This document shows, piece by piece, positions 52,571-64,000 of a stretch of DNA of 64,000 bases. A program made the position numbers and the translations under genes. Position 1 is the first letter of the stretch; each line of letters begins with the position of its first letter. Origin of the DNA: Octopus bimaculoides. Taxonomy: Eukaryota. Where the stretch lies: positions 84,313,261-84,377,260 of the forward strand of contig NC_068984.1 in NCBI RefSeq assembly GCF_001194135.2, given 5' to 3'. The notes below the pieces were generated by a model. That model was given only the letters and a program-made list of their open reading frames with translations. It was not told the origin of the DNA and made no database searches.

Positions 52571-52983
52571 GAGTCATGTTTCTATATACCTAAATTCCAG
52601 CTCAGCTCTAGTTGGAAAAAATCCAGAAGGCGGTAGTTGAGCATGTTAAAATTTTGAAATACATTTCCATTACATACAAGTACTTCAATCTCCTCCTATC
52701 ACCCATTGTATATTTTATAGGAAATAAATTTAAGACGTTCCATATAGAATATTCTTCATAGGGGGAGTTAGTATCGTAAAAGGAAGTAAACTTTTACATT
52801 TGAATGAAACTTGAAATAATATATTTCTGTATTTCATTTCCAACTGCAGCTGCAATATTTTTAAGCTTCCACTTCTTTTTGTAATGTACTTTTGCAGGTT
52901 CAATTAAATAAGAATAACATGGCTCCTGCGCCTGCTTTTTCCTGCTTGTCCACTCATTTTGCAGGCACAGTAATATGCCCATG

Positions 52984-53312
<329 letters not shown>

Positions 53313-54414
53313 AGTAATTATTATTGGGACAAAACTAAGATGGTGAATTGTTTCAAAATTTTAATCTATAATGAAAACAATTAAATTTTATAAATTCACA
53401 AAAAATAAATTGACCCAATATGAAGGAAAATATACCAATAAAGCAACATTAAATAAAATGAATGATACAAATCAGAAAGCAGTAAATGGTCGGCTAGTTT
53501 GAGGTTTCTTCGGCGCCATTGTGTTGGATAAATAAGTTTTTAATATTTCAAATGGTCTTTATTTTTCAAACATGGCGATTAATTAACCCTTTTTTTCAGT
53601 TCTCACAACACATAGGGGTGTCATTTTCTCCTTATGAAAACATCGCTTAATGTATCTTGAATGGGAATGAAATTATAATTGATGACTGAGGTGTGCGCCA
53701 AGTGGTAGCGAACATTTTTAGTCTGAAACAATAAACAATTGTAAACCTATAAAAACCTGTGAAGGCACATATATATAGGAGAAAAATAATGAATCATTAA
53801 TTTTACAAATTACTGTTTGAAATTGAAAGCTTAAATGGTGTTCTGCTCGATTCTAGAGGCGATATATATATATATATATATATATANNNNNNNNNNNNNN
53901 NNNNNNNNNNNNNNNNNNNNNNNNNNNNNNNNNNNNNNNNNNNNNNNNNNNNNNNNNNNNNNNNNNNNNNNNNNNNNNNNNNNNNNNNNNNNNNNNNNNN
54001 NNNNNNNNNNNNNNNNNNNNNNNNNNNNNNNNNNNNNNNNNNNNNNNNNNNNNNNNNNNNNNNNNNNNNNNNNNNNNNNNNNNNNNNNNNNNNNNNNNNN
54101 NNNNNNNNNNNNNNNNNNNNNNNNNNNNNNNNNNNNNNNNNNNNNNNNNNNNNNNNNNNNNNNNNNNNNNNNNNNNNNNNNNNNNNNNNNNNNNNNNNNN
54201 NNNNNNNNNNNNNNNNNNNNNNNNNNNNNNNNNNNNNNNNNNNNNNNNNNNNNNNNNNNNNNNNNNNNNNNNNNNNNNNNNNNNNNNNNNNNNNNNNNNN
54301 NNNNNNNNNNNNNNNNNNNNNNNNNNNNNNNNNNNNNNNNNNNNNNNNNNNNNNNNNNNNNNNNNNNNNNNNNNNNNNNNNNNNNNNNNNNNNNNNNNNN
54401 NNNNNNNNNNNNNN

Positions 54415-54575
54415 ATATATTAGATACTGGTAGGGTATAAGGTGGAGATTTCCAGATAAGCACTCAACTCGAGTTCAGGACTATCAACACTCGGATTCCA
54501 GACTAATACCGAAATTTTTCAAGTGTGAAAATCCTGGTTTCACGGTGGTAAAACTGTTGTGTGGGTGTGACGAAG
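54415..54575 (-). repeat. ~165-bp LINE-like 3' end abutting (TA)n, copy 2
   Basis: Diverged homologue of 52400-52570. Confidence 0.7.
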
Positions 54576-54634
54576 GGTAGATTATAATCCAAATCATAAA
54601 AAGACAAAGAAACCCCTTTAACTCATCGTTAATC

Positions 54635-54758
54635 ATTTGTTACAATTGTTTCTGTATCATCTCTGCTTTTGCAACGTCAGTTTAAGCAAAAATTCGAAGT
54701 GAAAATTGACGTGATATTTGCGGTTTTAAACATCAGAGTGATACTTCATCAGACTTGC
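54635..54758 (-). ncRNA. Type I hammerhead motif, long stem II, weak stem I
   Basis: Minus strand GT-CTGATGA-A-GTATCA CTCTG..ACGTCA..TGACGT..CAGAG A TGATAC-A-GAAAC AATT GTA-AC. Confidence 0.55.
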
Positions 54759-54916
54759 ATCAGAGATGAACTCTTACATTGTACGTCTTTCAGACATTGG
54801 TTTTTTTTTTTTTTTGGTTTTTTTGCTCATATCTGGAGGAAATAAAAAGTAAATAAAAGTATGGTTAAGGATGAAAATAATTAGTATAGAGATCATGTAG
54901 GAAGGATGAAAAATGT

Positions 54917-55050
54917 GAAGAAGAAGAAGAAGAAGAAGAAGAAGAAGAAGAAGAAGAAGAAGAAGAAGAAGAAGAAGAAGAAGAAGAAGAAGAAGAAGAA
55001 GAAGAAGAAGAAGAAGAAGAAGAAGAAGAAGAAGAAGAAGAAGAAGAAGA
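54917..55050 (+). repeat. Pure (GAA)n microsatellite, ~44 units
   Basis: Read directly from the sequence. Confidence 0.98.
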
Positions 55051-55095
55051 CAATATATAACAAATCAGTTTATCATTAATTAAAGATTCACAGTC

Positions 55096-55127
<32 letters not shown>

Positions 55128-55299
55128 GTATATATGTCTTTGAAGACAGTTGCTCCCATAAATACCAAAATAAAATTTGGGATTTATGGAGGGTCAGGTA
55201 GGGAGAGAGAAGATGGAAGAAGTTGTAACATGACTTACAGGAATCGAACCTTGTGTCTACTATAAACCACTACGCCAAGATATCACAAGTTCAATAGTG

Positions 55300-55560
55300 T
55301 CCAAATTAGAAGTATGCATAACATACTACTACACTCACAGACACGCAATATTTGGTTCTTATCTTAAGAAGGTGGGAAGAGAAATTTTTGGTATTATAGA
55401 GAAGCGCAGAAATAGGGGATTTTCTAAGTTTGCAATATCAGAATGCCAAATCTTTCACGATCTTCCAGGTGTATATGACTTCATAAATCTTTCTTCTTCC
55501 TTCAGAAGAAGATAGTCTCAGAGCTTTGATCTTCTCCAGATAACTAATGAAACGCAGTAA
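55300..55560 (-). mobile_element. LINE (L2/CR1-group) C-terminal remnant
   Basis: Minus strand RRRKIYEVIYTWKIVKDLA, resembling RRRERY.IIY.WKI.EG. Confidence 0.5.
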
Positions 55561-55925
55561 CGAAATTTCTTTTTGGTGAAGGTTCTGCGGATTGCATCCA
55601 ATTTAAAATGTTTCATCAAATGAAATTACTTCTGTAATAATAACATTTCTTCAGCGTGCAGTTAATGATCTGGTTATTAGTTGTCAGATCATATTTCTCT
55701 AAGAGATGTAATGCGCGAAGTTTTCAGCGTACCTACATATAAGTGGACTCACTCCCTACTGCAAATTTTCAATTAATTTTAAATCAATATAAAGTTCAGA
55801 GTTCTCTCTGTTGTCTGCTTTGACAAGAATTGCCATTGACGTTAATTATCATTGATGTCATTTCTAATTACGGGAGTAATTAATGAAAAATTAACGAAAA
55901 ATTGTTTTTGCTTTGTACCAACAAA

Positions 55926-56073
55926 CACTAGCATAACTAAGGAGGGGGCGGTAGGGGATGTGCGCCCCAGGCGACACTTTTGGATCTGCTGTAAGCAATG
56001 TGTGTTTTTTATGGGGTCCAGGAACGGCAAATGGAAGGGCTGCCCTGGGCGGCGCACTCTAGCTACGCTAGTG
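55926..56073. mobile_element. 148-bp hAT-type MITE
   Basis: TIRs CACTAGCATAACTA / TAGCTACGCTAGTG. Flanks CCAACAAA / CCAATAAA match 7/8 as an 8-bp TSD. Confidence 0.8.
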
Positions 56074-56153
56074 CCAATAAATATGCTAGTCTACTCTGAA
56101 CTGTGTTTTCTTCATGCAGGAGATACTCTGAGGACATTTTCCAATATCATCAC

Positions 56154-56211
<58 letters not shown>

Positions 56212-56549
56212 TATGTACAGAGTTCTAGCATCAATAAAGGTTTCTCTAACAAGATTAACAATGCTATGCGTGTGTGTGTGTGTATGTGTGGATATGTGCG
56301 TGTATGTTGTATGTGTGTGTGTAATAGTAGATGTCAATTTATTACCATCACCACTATCAACACCATCATCACTTACCTCCTTATTACGTTATTATTTAAC
56401 AATATAGCTGCCTACAATTCGTTGCCCGTGTCTTAGCAACAATTATTCAGTTACAGTGGATGGAGATAACAATCCATATCGGTAACTAGCGGGCCGTTCT
56501 GAACTTCTAATTTAACGACGACCAGCGGATTTTCTACAGTTTCTATACC

Positions 56550-56604
<55 letters not shown>

Positions 56605-56831
56605 CTTACTCGTTCTTCATACTTGCTTTTTGTCGTGCGTGTGTGTTATGCTAATTATTGTTTCTCTAAACAACAAACATCAATGGAATTCGATACGTTT
56701 GTTGAGTAAGATATTTTTTTAGGATGAGATACAATTCACTTCCTCAGAGTTTTACCTGTCAGCTTGTTCACAACATTTTTATGTGGAGTTTGGATGTGGA
56801 TTGGAACGGATTATCCCTATTTATATGTATC

Positions 56832-57217
56832 TCTTCTTCTTCTTGGCACTCCGTCGCTTACGACGTCGAGGGATCCAGTTGATCCAATCAACGGAACAGC
56901 CTGCTCGTGAAATTAACGTGCAAGTGGCTGAGCACTCCACAGACACGTGTACCCTTAACGTAGTTCTCAGGGATATTCAGCGTGACACAGTGTGACAAGG
57001 CTGACCCTTTGAATTACAGGCACAACAGAAACAGGAAGTAAGAGTGAGAGAAAGTTGTGGTGAAAGAGTACAGCAAGGTTCGCCACCATCCCCTGCCGGA
57101 GCCTCTTGGAGCTTTAGGTGTTTTCGCTCAATAAACACTCACAATGCCCGGTCTGGGAATCGAAACCGCGATCCTATGACCGCGAGTCCGCTGCTCTAAC
57201 CACTGGGCCATTGCGCC
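56832..57217 (-). mobile_element. tRNA-derived SINE family C, full length, (AAG)n tail
   Basis: Head GGCGCAATGGCCCAGTGGTTAGAGCAGCGGACTCGCGGTCATAGGATCGCGGTTTCGATTCCC. Confidence 0.9.
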
Positions 57218-57847
57218 TCTACTATGTATTTCANNNNNNNNNNNNNNNNNNNNNNNNNNNNNNNNNNNNNNNNNNNNNNNNNNNNNNNNNNNNNNNNNNN
57301 NNNNNNNNNNNNNNNNNNNNNNNNNNNNNNNNNNNNNNNNNNNNNNNNNNNNNNNNNNNNNNNNNNNNNNNNNNNNNNNNNNNNNNNNNNNNNNNNNNNN
57401 NNNNNNNNNNNNNNNNNNNNNNNNNNNNNNNNNNNNNNNNNNNNNNNNNNNNNNNNNNNNNNNNNNNNNNNNNNNNNNNNNNNNNNNNNNNNNNNNNNNN
57501 NNNNNNNNNNNNNNNNNNNNNNNNNNNNNNNNNNNNNNNNNNNNNNNNNNNNNNNNNNNNNNNNNNNNNNNNNNNNNNNNNNNNNNNNNNNNNNNNNNNN
57601 NNNNNNNNNNNNNNNNNNNNNNNNNNNNNNNNNNNNNNNNNNNNNNNNNNNNNNNNNNNNNNNNNNNNNNNNNNNNNNNNNNNNNNNNNNNNNNNNNNNN
57701 NNNNNNNNNNNNNNNNNNNNNNNNNNNNNNNNNNNNNNNNNNNNNNNNNNNNNNNNNNNNNNNNNNNNNNNNNNNNNNNNNNNNNNNNNNNNNNNNNNNN
57801 NNNNNNNNNNNNNNNNNNNATATATATATATATATATATACACTACA

Positions 57848-57893
<46 letters not shown>

Positions 57894-57954
57894 AAACTGT
57901 GATTGCTTGCTTGCTTGTTGCTTGCATGCTTGTAAGTAATTTAATACAGACAAA

Positions 57955-58500
57955 CGGCGAATAATGGGAAAATACTCCGAAAGTAACATAACCCTGAAAG
58001 TGAAGAAACTCTAACCTTTTGATTAGCGAGAGACATTGTGATCAATGTCTTCTGTATCTTGAAGACAAACTTAACAACCTGGGCAAAAGTCTTAGTGACT
58101 TTAGCATACCAACGCCAAATATTATTGTCGCTAATCAGAATGTTGGCAATTGGTGATTATTGCATGAGTTGCAATACAGCAAAGAAGAGCGACAACGATT
58201 TGTAGAAGAGAAGGACCCTATGTTGAATAGTGAGCAAAAAGATGTGTACGACTTTGCTTGCGACAGTTTAGAGAGGAACACATCTGCATTGATTTTCATT
58301 GACGGAACAGGAAAGACATTCCTGATAAATAATCAATAAAACCTTAAAAATGAGCTTGTAAACCAGACCTATGATGACACGAATGAACTGAAATATTTAA
58401 CTGAATCATCATAAAATTAACTTTCATTTCAATGCAATGCTGAAATCAATTTCAATGTTTTATAAACTGAACTGTCAGTGACCCAACGGGTCACAGGTAG
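57955..58500 (+). mobile_element. Internally deleted Helitron: Pif1-helicase N-terminal fragment joined to 3' terminus
   Basis: QCLLYLEDKLNNLGKSLSDF..LNSEQKDVYD..IFIDGTGKTFLIN (degenerate Walker A). 3' hairpin GTGACCC-AAC-GGGTCAC at 58478-58494, then a degenerate CTAG end. Confidence 0.8.
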
Positions 58501-58504
58501 TCTA

Positions 58505-58552
<48 letters not shown>

Positions 58553-58610
58553 GGGGGAGGGGGAGAGAGAGAGAGAGAGAGATTAACCAAAGTATACGAA
58601 TCCATCATAG

Positions 58611-58686
58611 CTGATCTTACCTAACAGGTTCACACAGGATATTAGGTAATCAGACGATTATCTAAAAACTGCGCTCGTCAGAGTTG
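58611..58686 (-). ncRNA. Degenerate long-stem-II hammerhead at the 3' end of the PLE
   Basis: CT-CTGACGA-GCGCAG..TTAG.TAATC GTCT GATTA.CTAA..CTGTGT-GAA(A deleted)CCT GTT AGGT A-AG. Confidence 0.5.
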
Positions 58687-59652
58687 GTTGGTATGGAAAA
58701 AAAATGCTGACTGCTCTATTACTGAAGGTGAAGAAGTGTCACATCTGGTTTGTGGTTGCTGTGAAAAAAGGCGAAACGAAGTCGCGGGAGGCGCTTAAGG
58801 GTTCTGTGCCTTACCTCCCCCCACCACGAAAAAACACTCTGAGTGAGTGGTGATTGCCAGTAACATTTGTGTAGGATTGATGTTTGTAAGGGAGGAATCT
58901 ATATGTGTGTAGTGGGTGGAATAAAGATTAATGGGCACCCAGATCTTTAATCTTTTGTGTGACTGCATGTACGTATGCATATTTATTAGTTTACTGCGGC
59001 CAAGTTTTGCTGGATTCTCAGGATGTAATGCTGGAAGGATTGATGGTGGAGGTCCTAGCGTTTATAATCATAGTAACATCTGTAAGTAAACGATCACGTA
59101 TTTTCCTCATGTGGACAAGAGCAAAAACTTTCGCGCTTACAGTTTCGTTGTGTCCAGTTCAAGAGAGTGTTTTAATGTAATTAAACCATACATGCTTAAC
59201 CAGGGCAGTGACATTGTATCTTTTCTGGATATTAAAGGAGGACTTACGGTTGTTAAATCTGGTCCTGAAAGAAACTTCTGCTGCACCCACATACTTCTGC
59301 ACGTTTCATTGCCCGCTGCGGGTCCTTTGATATCACCTCTGCCTTTCTTTGTGATGCAGTGACCATTATGAAAGCATCTGGTGTTGCCTCAGTGCAGTTG
59401 TTAGACAATGGTCTGATTATCTAATACCTGTGCAAAACCGATTGATATGATCGGATGTAATAGACCTACGGTACTGTTTAATTTGATTAATATACCCACC
59501 CTATTGACCAATATACTAGCGCCTATTTCTTCTGGGACTAAAGTGCTGCAGAAAAATAGAACCTGTACAGGCTTGAAAAGTGCACCGAACATATACTATG
59601 TTTCCGTTTAATGTATCTTTGTACTTCTTTGAAGACGAGTTCGATTTGAAAA

Positions 59653-59678
59653 AACTTCATCGTAGCTACGATGAAGTT
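59653..59678. other. Perfect 26-bp palindrome
   Basis: AACTTCATCGTAG|CTACGATGAAGTT. Confidence 0.95.
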
Positions 59679-60157
59679 AATAGAACTCGCTTTAAACACT
59701 TTGTTAACGCTACGGTCCTTTTGAACATGACAAGGAAATATAACAGGCAAGTGTAAACACTTACAGAAACAAGTGTTTACTGAGAGATTATTAGAATATA
59801 ACTTATTTGACTGGCAATAAATCTCTGTAGATTTACTGGAGAATGGCTCATTTTTCGGAGATTTTTTCAATGTATATATTTTTTATAGAATATTATACAT
59901 ATATGTATATATTTTTAAAGTATATATATATATATATNNNNNNNNNNNNNNNNNNNNNNNNNNNNNNNNNNNNNNNNNNNNNNNNNNNNNNNNNNNNNNN
60001 NNNNNNNNNNNNNNNNNNNNNNNNNNNNNNNNNNNNNNNNNNNNNNNNNNNNNNNNNNNNNNNNNNNNNNNNNNNNNNNNNNNNNNNNNNNNNNNNNNNN
60101 NNNNNNNNNNNNNNNNNNNNNNNNNNNNNNNNNNNNNNNNNNNNNNNNNNNNNNNNN

Positions 60158-60191
<34 letters not shown>

Positions 60192-60571
60192 TATATTTGT
60201 GGTTCCGGGTTCAATCCCGTTATGTGATACCATAGGCAAGCATTTTTCTATTGTAGCTTCAGGTTGCCTAATGTCTTATGACTAAGATTTAGCAAACGGG
60301 AACAGTTGAAGCTTGTTACACACCACCATATGGAGCAATAATTGGTTTTTGGTATATGTTTCTGCAGTATCCATAATAAAACCAAAATAATTCGAGAAAA
60401 TACAAAAATACACTTGGGTATCCAGAGCAAGCGAAGCGAATATGTAAATGCGTAGAAGTCATTCGTTAAATGTTATCATTATAGAGTTTTCTTTTCAATT
60501 GCCGAACAACTTAATTTCTTAAACTATTATGATAGCATCATAATACGAAAGCATTTTTTAATTAATTTATT

Positions 60572-60612
<41 letters not shown>

Positions 60613-60911
60613 ACACACTTTAATGTACACAGCATAATAGTTTCTTGTATTGGAGACACGAGTTTAGGCCGGTTTTATAACACGCCTTGTGTCTCCAAGT
60701 AATCTTCTGGCTCTGAACACATGGTCTGTCCAATATACTAAACAGAAAGCTACTACAAGAGAAATCACGAGAAAAAAAATGAGAAAATAAATGAAAAAAA
60801 TGGAAACATGTTAATTGTTAAACAACACTATTGTTGATTGTGACTTCGAAGTGTTTCGACTAGTTAAGCCAACGTCGGACTTTCATACACACGCGCGCAT
60901 GCGCACACACA

Positions 60912-61202
60912 CGTGGCTGTGTGGTTAGTGTCTTCTATATACAGCCTCAAGCTGACCAAAGCTTTGTGAGTGAATTTGATAGACGGAAACTGAAAGAAGT
61001 CCGTTGTGTGTGTGTTTGTGCCTCACTACCGCCTGACAATCGGTGCTAGTGTGTTTACGCCTTCGTAACGTAGCAGTTAGGCAAAAACGACCAATAGAAT
61101 AAGTACTAGGCTTTAAAAAATAAGTCCCGATGTCGATTTGTGCAACTAAAACCATTCAAGGCGGTGCCGCGACATGGCCGCAGTCAAATGGCTGAAACAA
61201 AT
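60912..61202 (+). mobile_element. SINE family A, internally deleted copy
   Basis: GACGGAAACTGAAAGAAG..GAATAAGTACTAGG..CATGGCCGCAGTCAAATG. Confidence 0.85.
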
Positions 61203-61449
61203 AATAGAATATATNNNNNNNNNNNNNNNNNNNNNNNNNNNNNNNNNNNNNNNNNNNNNNNNNNNNNNNNNNNNNNNNNNNNNNNNNNNNNNNNNNNNNN
61301 NNNNNNNNNNNNNNNNNNNNNNNNNNNNNNNNNNNNNNNNNNNNNNNNNNNNNNNNNNNNNNNNNNNNNNNNNNNNNNNNNNNNNNNNNNNNNNNNNNNN
61401 NNNNNNNNNNNNNATTAAAAACATAAAATTAAAACAGAACACAAAGGAT

Positions 61450-61554
61450 TCCGCGGTACACGTGTTTCAAGCTTTATACACAAACAGTCGTTGCATCATT
61501 ATATGGGTATATAATTGATAGACAGGATGGTATAAAGCTATCTTCAGCCGTAAA
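61450..61554 (-). ncRNA. Type I hammerhead ribozyme motif, long stem II (best-preserved example)
   Basis: Minus strand TTTACGG-CTGAAGA-T-AGCTTTATAC..GTATAAAGCT-T-GAAAC ACGT GTA-CCGCGGA. Perfect 10-bp basal stem II, palindromic stem III and predicted GUA cleavage at 61457. Confidence 0.8.
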
Positions 61555-62527
61555 TATATTCTTTCCCAAGTATTATATCACAAAGAAGAAGTCACCAAGA
61601 AAAAAGCAAAAGAGAGAGAAACATGAGAGAGAAAAGGGGGGATAGGACTTTAATTGGATTTTCGAGTTAAACAAATCTTCTCGAAAATCCAGTGTGCGTG
61701 TGTGCGTGTGTGCGTCTCTGTGTGTTATTAGCCAAGCTATTTAAGCTAACATGGATTTCTGGGTGGATGACGAGAAACTTCGGACGATCAATCTTTTTGT
61801 CTGTCTCAGCAATAACTTTTAACAGGAAAATTACATGCATAAACTCATCATACAACATAGTTTATATCGGCGATGTGTTTAATCATTCTCTTTATACACA
61901 AATTGCTCAGTATTGACTGCTAATAAAAAAAAAGTCTAAGAGGGCATTTCATAACTGTGAGAGCATCAGATCTGACCGTGACCCAACATAGTTTCAATCG
62001 AACTCGCGTTTCTTTGATTCTCTCTGTGATTATATGTTGTCATTATAGAGATTTTTGAAAACCAGGCTTTTAACAGTCCAGTGTATTGTCCAGTAAGTCA
62101 AGGACGAAAAGGTTAGGCTGGTCATCCAGTACAATATTCTCTCACTAGTCCAATAGAATTCAAGTCCAATAGAAGTCAGGACTTCTATTTCTGAGAACCA
62201 CAAGCAAACGTCAAATCTTTTCGTGCAGTGGTAGAGTATCACATGTATCGGCGAAAAAGAAATGCATCCACATCTGTAGCATGCTCATTTTTAGGGCACG
62301 TGGAAGGGGTAGTATATAAGGGAATAATAGTAATTTTCCGGGCGACCGTACTGCTGTTGGCGTCTATGAAATAGAAACTTGAACTAACGCGTAACAAAGA
62401 TTTGGGTTTTAGTCCATTCATACACCAGCGTGCATAATGAAGTCTTCATCAGTTAGAAGCTAAAGAAGGTTTATAAGTTGTATCAGGTCGTTTATATACA
62501 ACGCGAAAAATCGTTTCTATACAAAAT

Positions 62528-62944
62528 AGGCATAAGAGTGGCTGTGTGGTAAGTAGCTTGCTTACCAACCACATGGTTCCGGGTTCAGTCCCACTGCGTG
62601 GCACCTTGGGCAAGTGTCTTCTACTATAGCCTCGGGCCGACCAAAGCCTTGTGAGTGGATTTGGTAGACGGAAACTGAAAGAAGCCCGTCGTATATATGT
62701 ATATATATATGTGTGTGTGTGTGTATGTTTGTGTGTCTGTGTTTGTCCCCCAACATCACTTGACAACCGATGGTGGTGTGTTTACGTCCCCGTAACTTAG
62801 CGGTTCGGCAAAAATAGATCGATAGAATAAGTACTAGGCTTACAAAGAATAAGTCCTGAGGTCGATTTGCTCGACTAAATGTGGTGCTCCAGCATGGCCG
62901 CAGCCAAATGACAGAAACAAGTAAAAGAGTAAAAGAGAAAAGAG
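62528..62944 (+). mobile_element. SINE family A, full-length young copy
   Basis: Complete head, CORE-like body, microsatellite and (GTAAAAGA)n tail. Confidence 0.93.
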
Positions 62945-63090
62945 ACGAAATATCTAACGCACAGGTACGAACAAAAACGTTTACTAAAATGCTGAAACTA
63001 GATGAATCATTAATGAACCTGCAAAACTGAACGATTATGAATCATAAATGGATAAATACTTTATAATGGCACTAAAAATCACAATACGGA

Positions 63091-63256
63091 TTAGCGAGGG
63101 TGTTCAATAAAAAAAAAAAAAATTACGATTAGTGCGGTTAATAACTTATAAGGTTTTCTTCACCTTTGGAGCTAAAACATTTTTCCATATCGCTCTATCT
63201 TAATACATCGCTCAAAACGTTACTATTGCACTTTTTTTATTGAACATTCTCGCTAA
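63091..63256. mobile_element. mariner-derived MITE
   Basis: TIRs TTAGCGAGGGTGTTCAATAAAAA / TTTTTATTGAACATTCTCGCTAA. Confidence 0.7.
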
Positions 63257-63960
63257 TACATTTTGCATGATAAACTATTTCTCGTTACCACTGTGAAGTA
63301 TCTATTAACTTATATGCTAACTATATGTGTGTATGTGTGCATATATGTATGTATGTAGGCATGTATGTATGTATGTATGCATGCAGGTAGGTAGGTAGGT
63401 ACGTACGTACGTACGTACGTACGTACGTACGTACGTACGTGTGTGTATGTATGTGTATACATACATATTTATATATGTATGAATATGTGTGTATATAGAT
63501 ATGAATATATATGTGTATATATTTATGTAAATATGTGTAGGTGGGTGTGTACACATACATATCTATCTATCTCTATATATGTAAATATACATACAAACAT
63601 ATGTACATGCTTATATATATATATATATGTATATATGCATGTGTATATAAACATATGTACATATAAGTACATACAGATACAAGCACATACACATACGTAC
63701 ATACTTAAACAAATTATCATGTAATCAGGCAAGCGTAAAGCCACTTCATGGCTTTAGCAATCAAGATTATAAGGATCTGCGAGAAGATATTTTACTTTAA
63801 CCAATCACAGCTCGGTTTTCCAACATTGCCAATCAAGTAGTCGGCAGATAAAGAATTTCGCTCTGTGTGTAATTTGTTAACGGGAGTCTACATTTGCACC
63901 TGTGCGTGTATATGTATGTGTACTATGGATATTGTGTGTGTGAGATGAGAGGCTACTGAG

Positions 63961-64000
<40 letters not shown>

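Larger units (their letters stand above)
58611..59830 (-). mobile_element. Decayed Penelope-like element (GIY-YIG region and 3' end)
   Basis: Minus strand with frameshifts: NGHCITK..KAEVIS..KYVGAAEVSFRTRFNNRKSSFN..TALVKHVW. Confidence 0.7.

Noticed and set aside
55600-55665. Minus-strand CTGAAGA..GAAACATTTT (similar strings at 62400-62455 and 23735-23770)
   Set aside because: Stem III and/or stem I do not pair, or core bases are mutated.
57145-57217. Possible tRNA genes (also 12690-12758, 52984-53056 and SINE A/B heads)
   Set aside because: No complete cloverleaf or acceptor stem, and each continues into a SINE body.

Overview
Repeat-dense, AT-rich eukaryotic non-coding DNA with many N gaps and very abundant microsatellites. 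It is most likely an Octopus/coleoid cephalopod draft scaffold; this is inferred from the SINE families and microsatellite load and was not verified. No credible host-gene exon was found, and nearly all ORF-track entries are microsatellite or N-gap artefacts. The window is a mosaic of decayed TEs: two Gypsy (K02A2.6/Mag-like) fragments, Tc1 and mariner copies (one near-intact), hAT-, Merlin- and MULE-like MITEs, Helitron pieces, non-LTR remnants (Tx1, CRE, R4/Dong, RTE, CR1, Penelope-like) and about 20 tRNA-derived SINE copies. The most notable signal is eight type I hammerhead-ribozyme (HHR) motifs read directly from the sequence, in three contexts. (i) Four have an unusually long (50-100 nt) stem II and mostly a loop-less palindromic stem III; one sits at the 3' end of a Penelope GIY-YIG remnant. 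(ii) One element joins a tRNA-like Pol III head, a microsatellite and an HHR tail, and a second copy of that tail has a Penelope-style inverted end. (iii) A 346-bp terminally redundant, hairpin-rich, retrozyme-like unit carries an HHR whose core can be sequestered by an adjacent complementary sequence. All folds were made by eye and no activity is shown.
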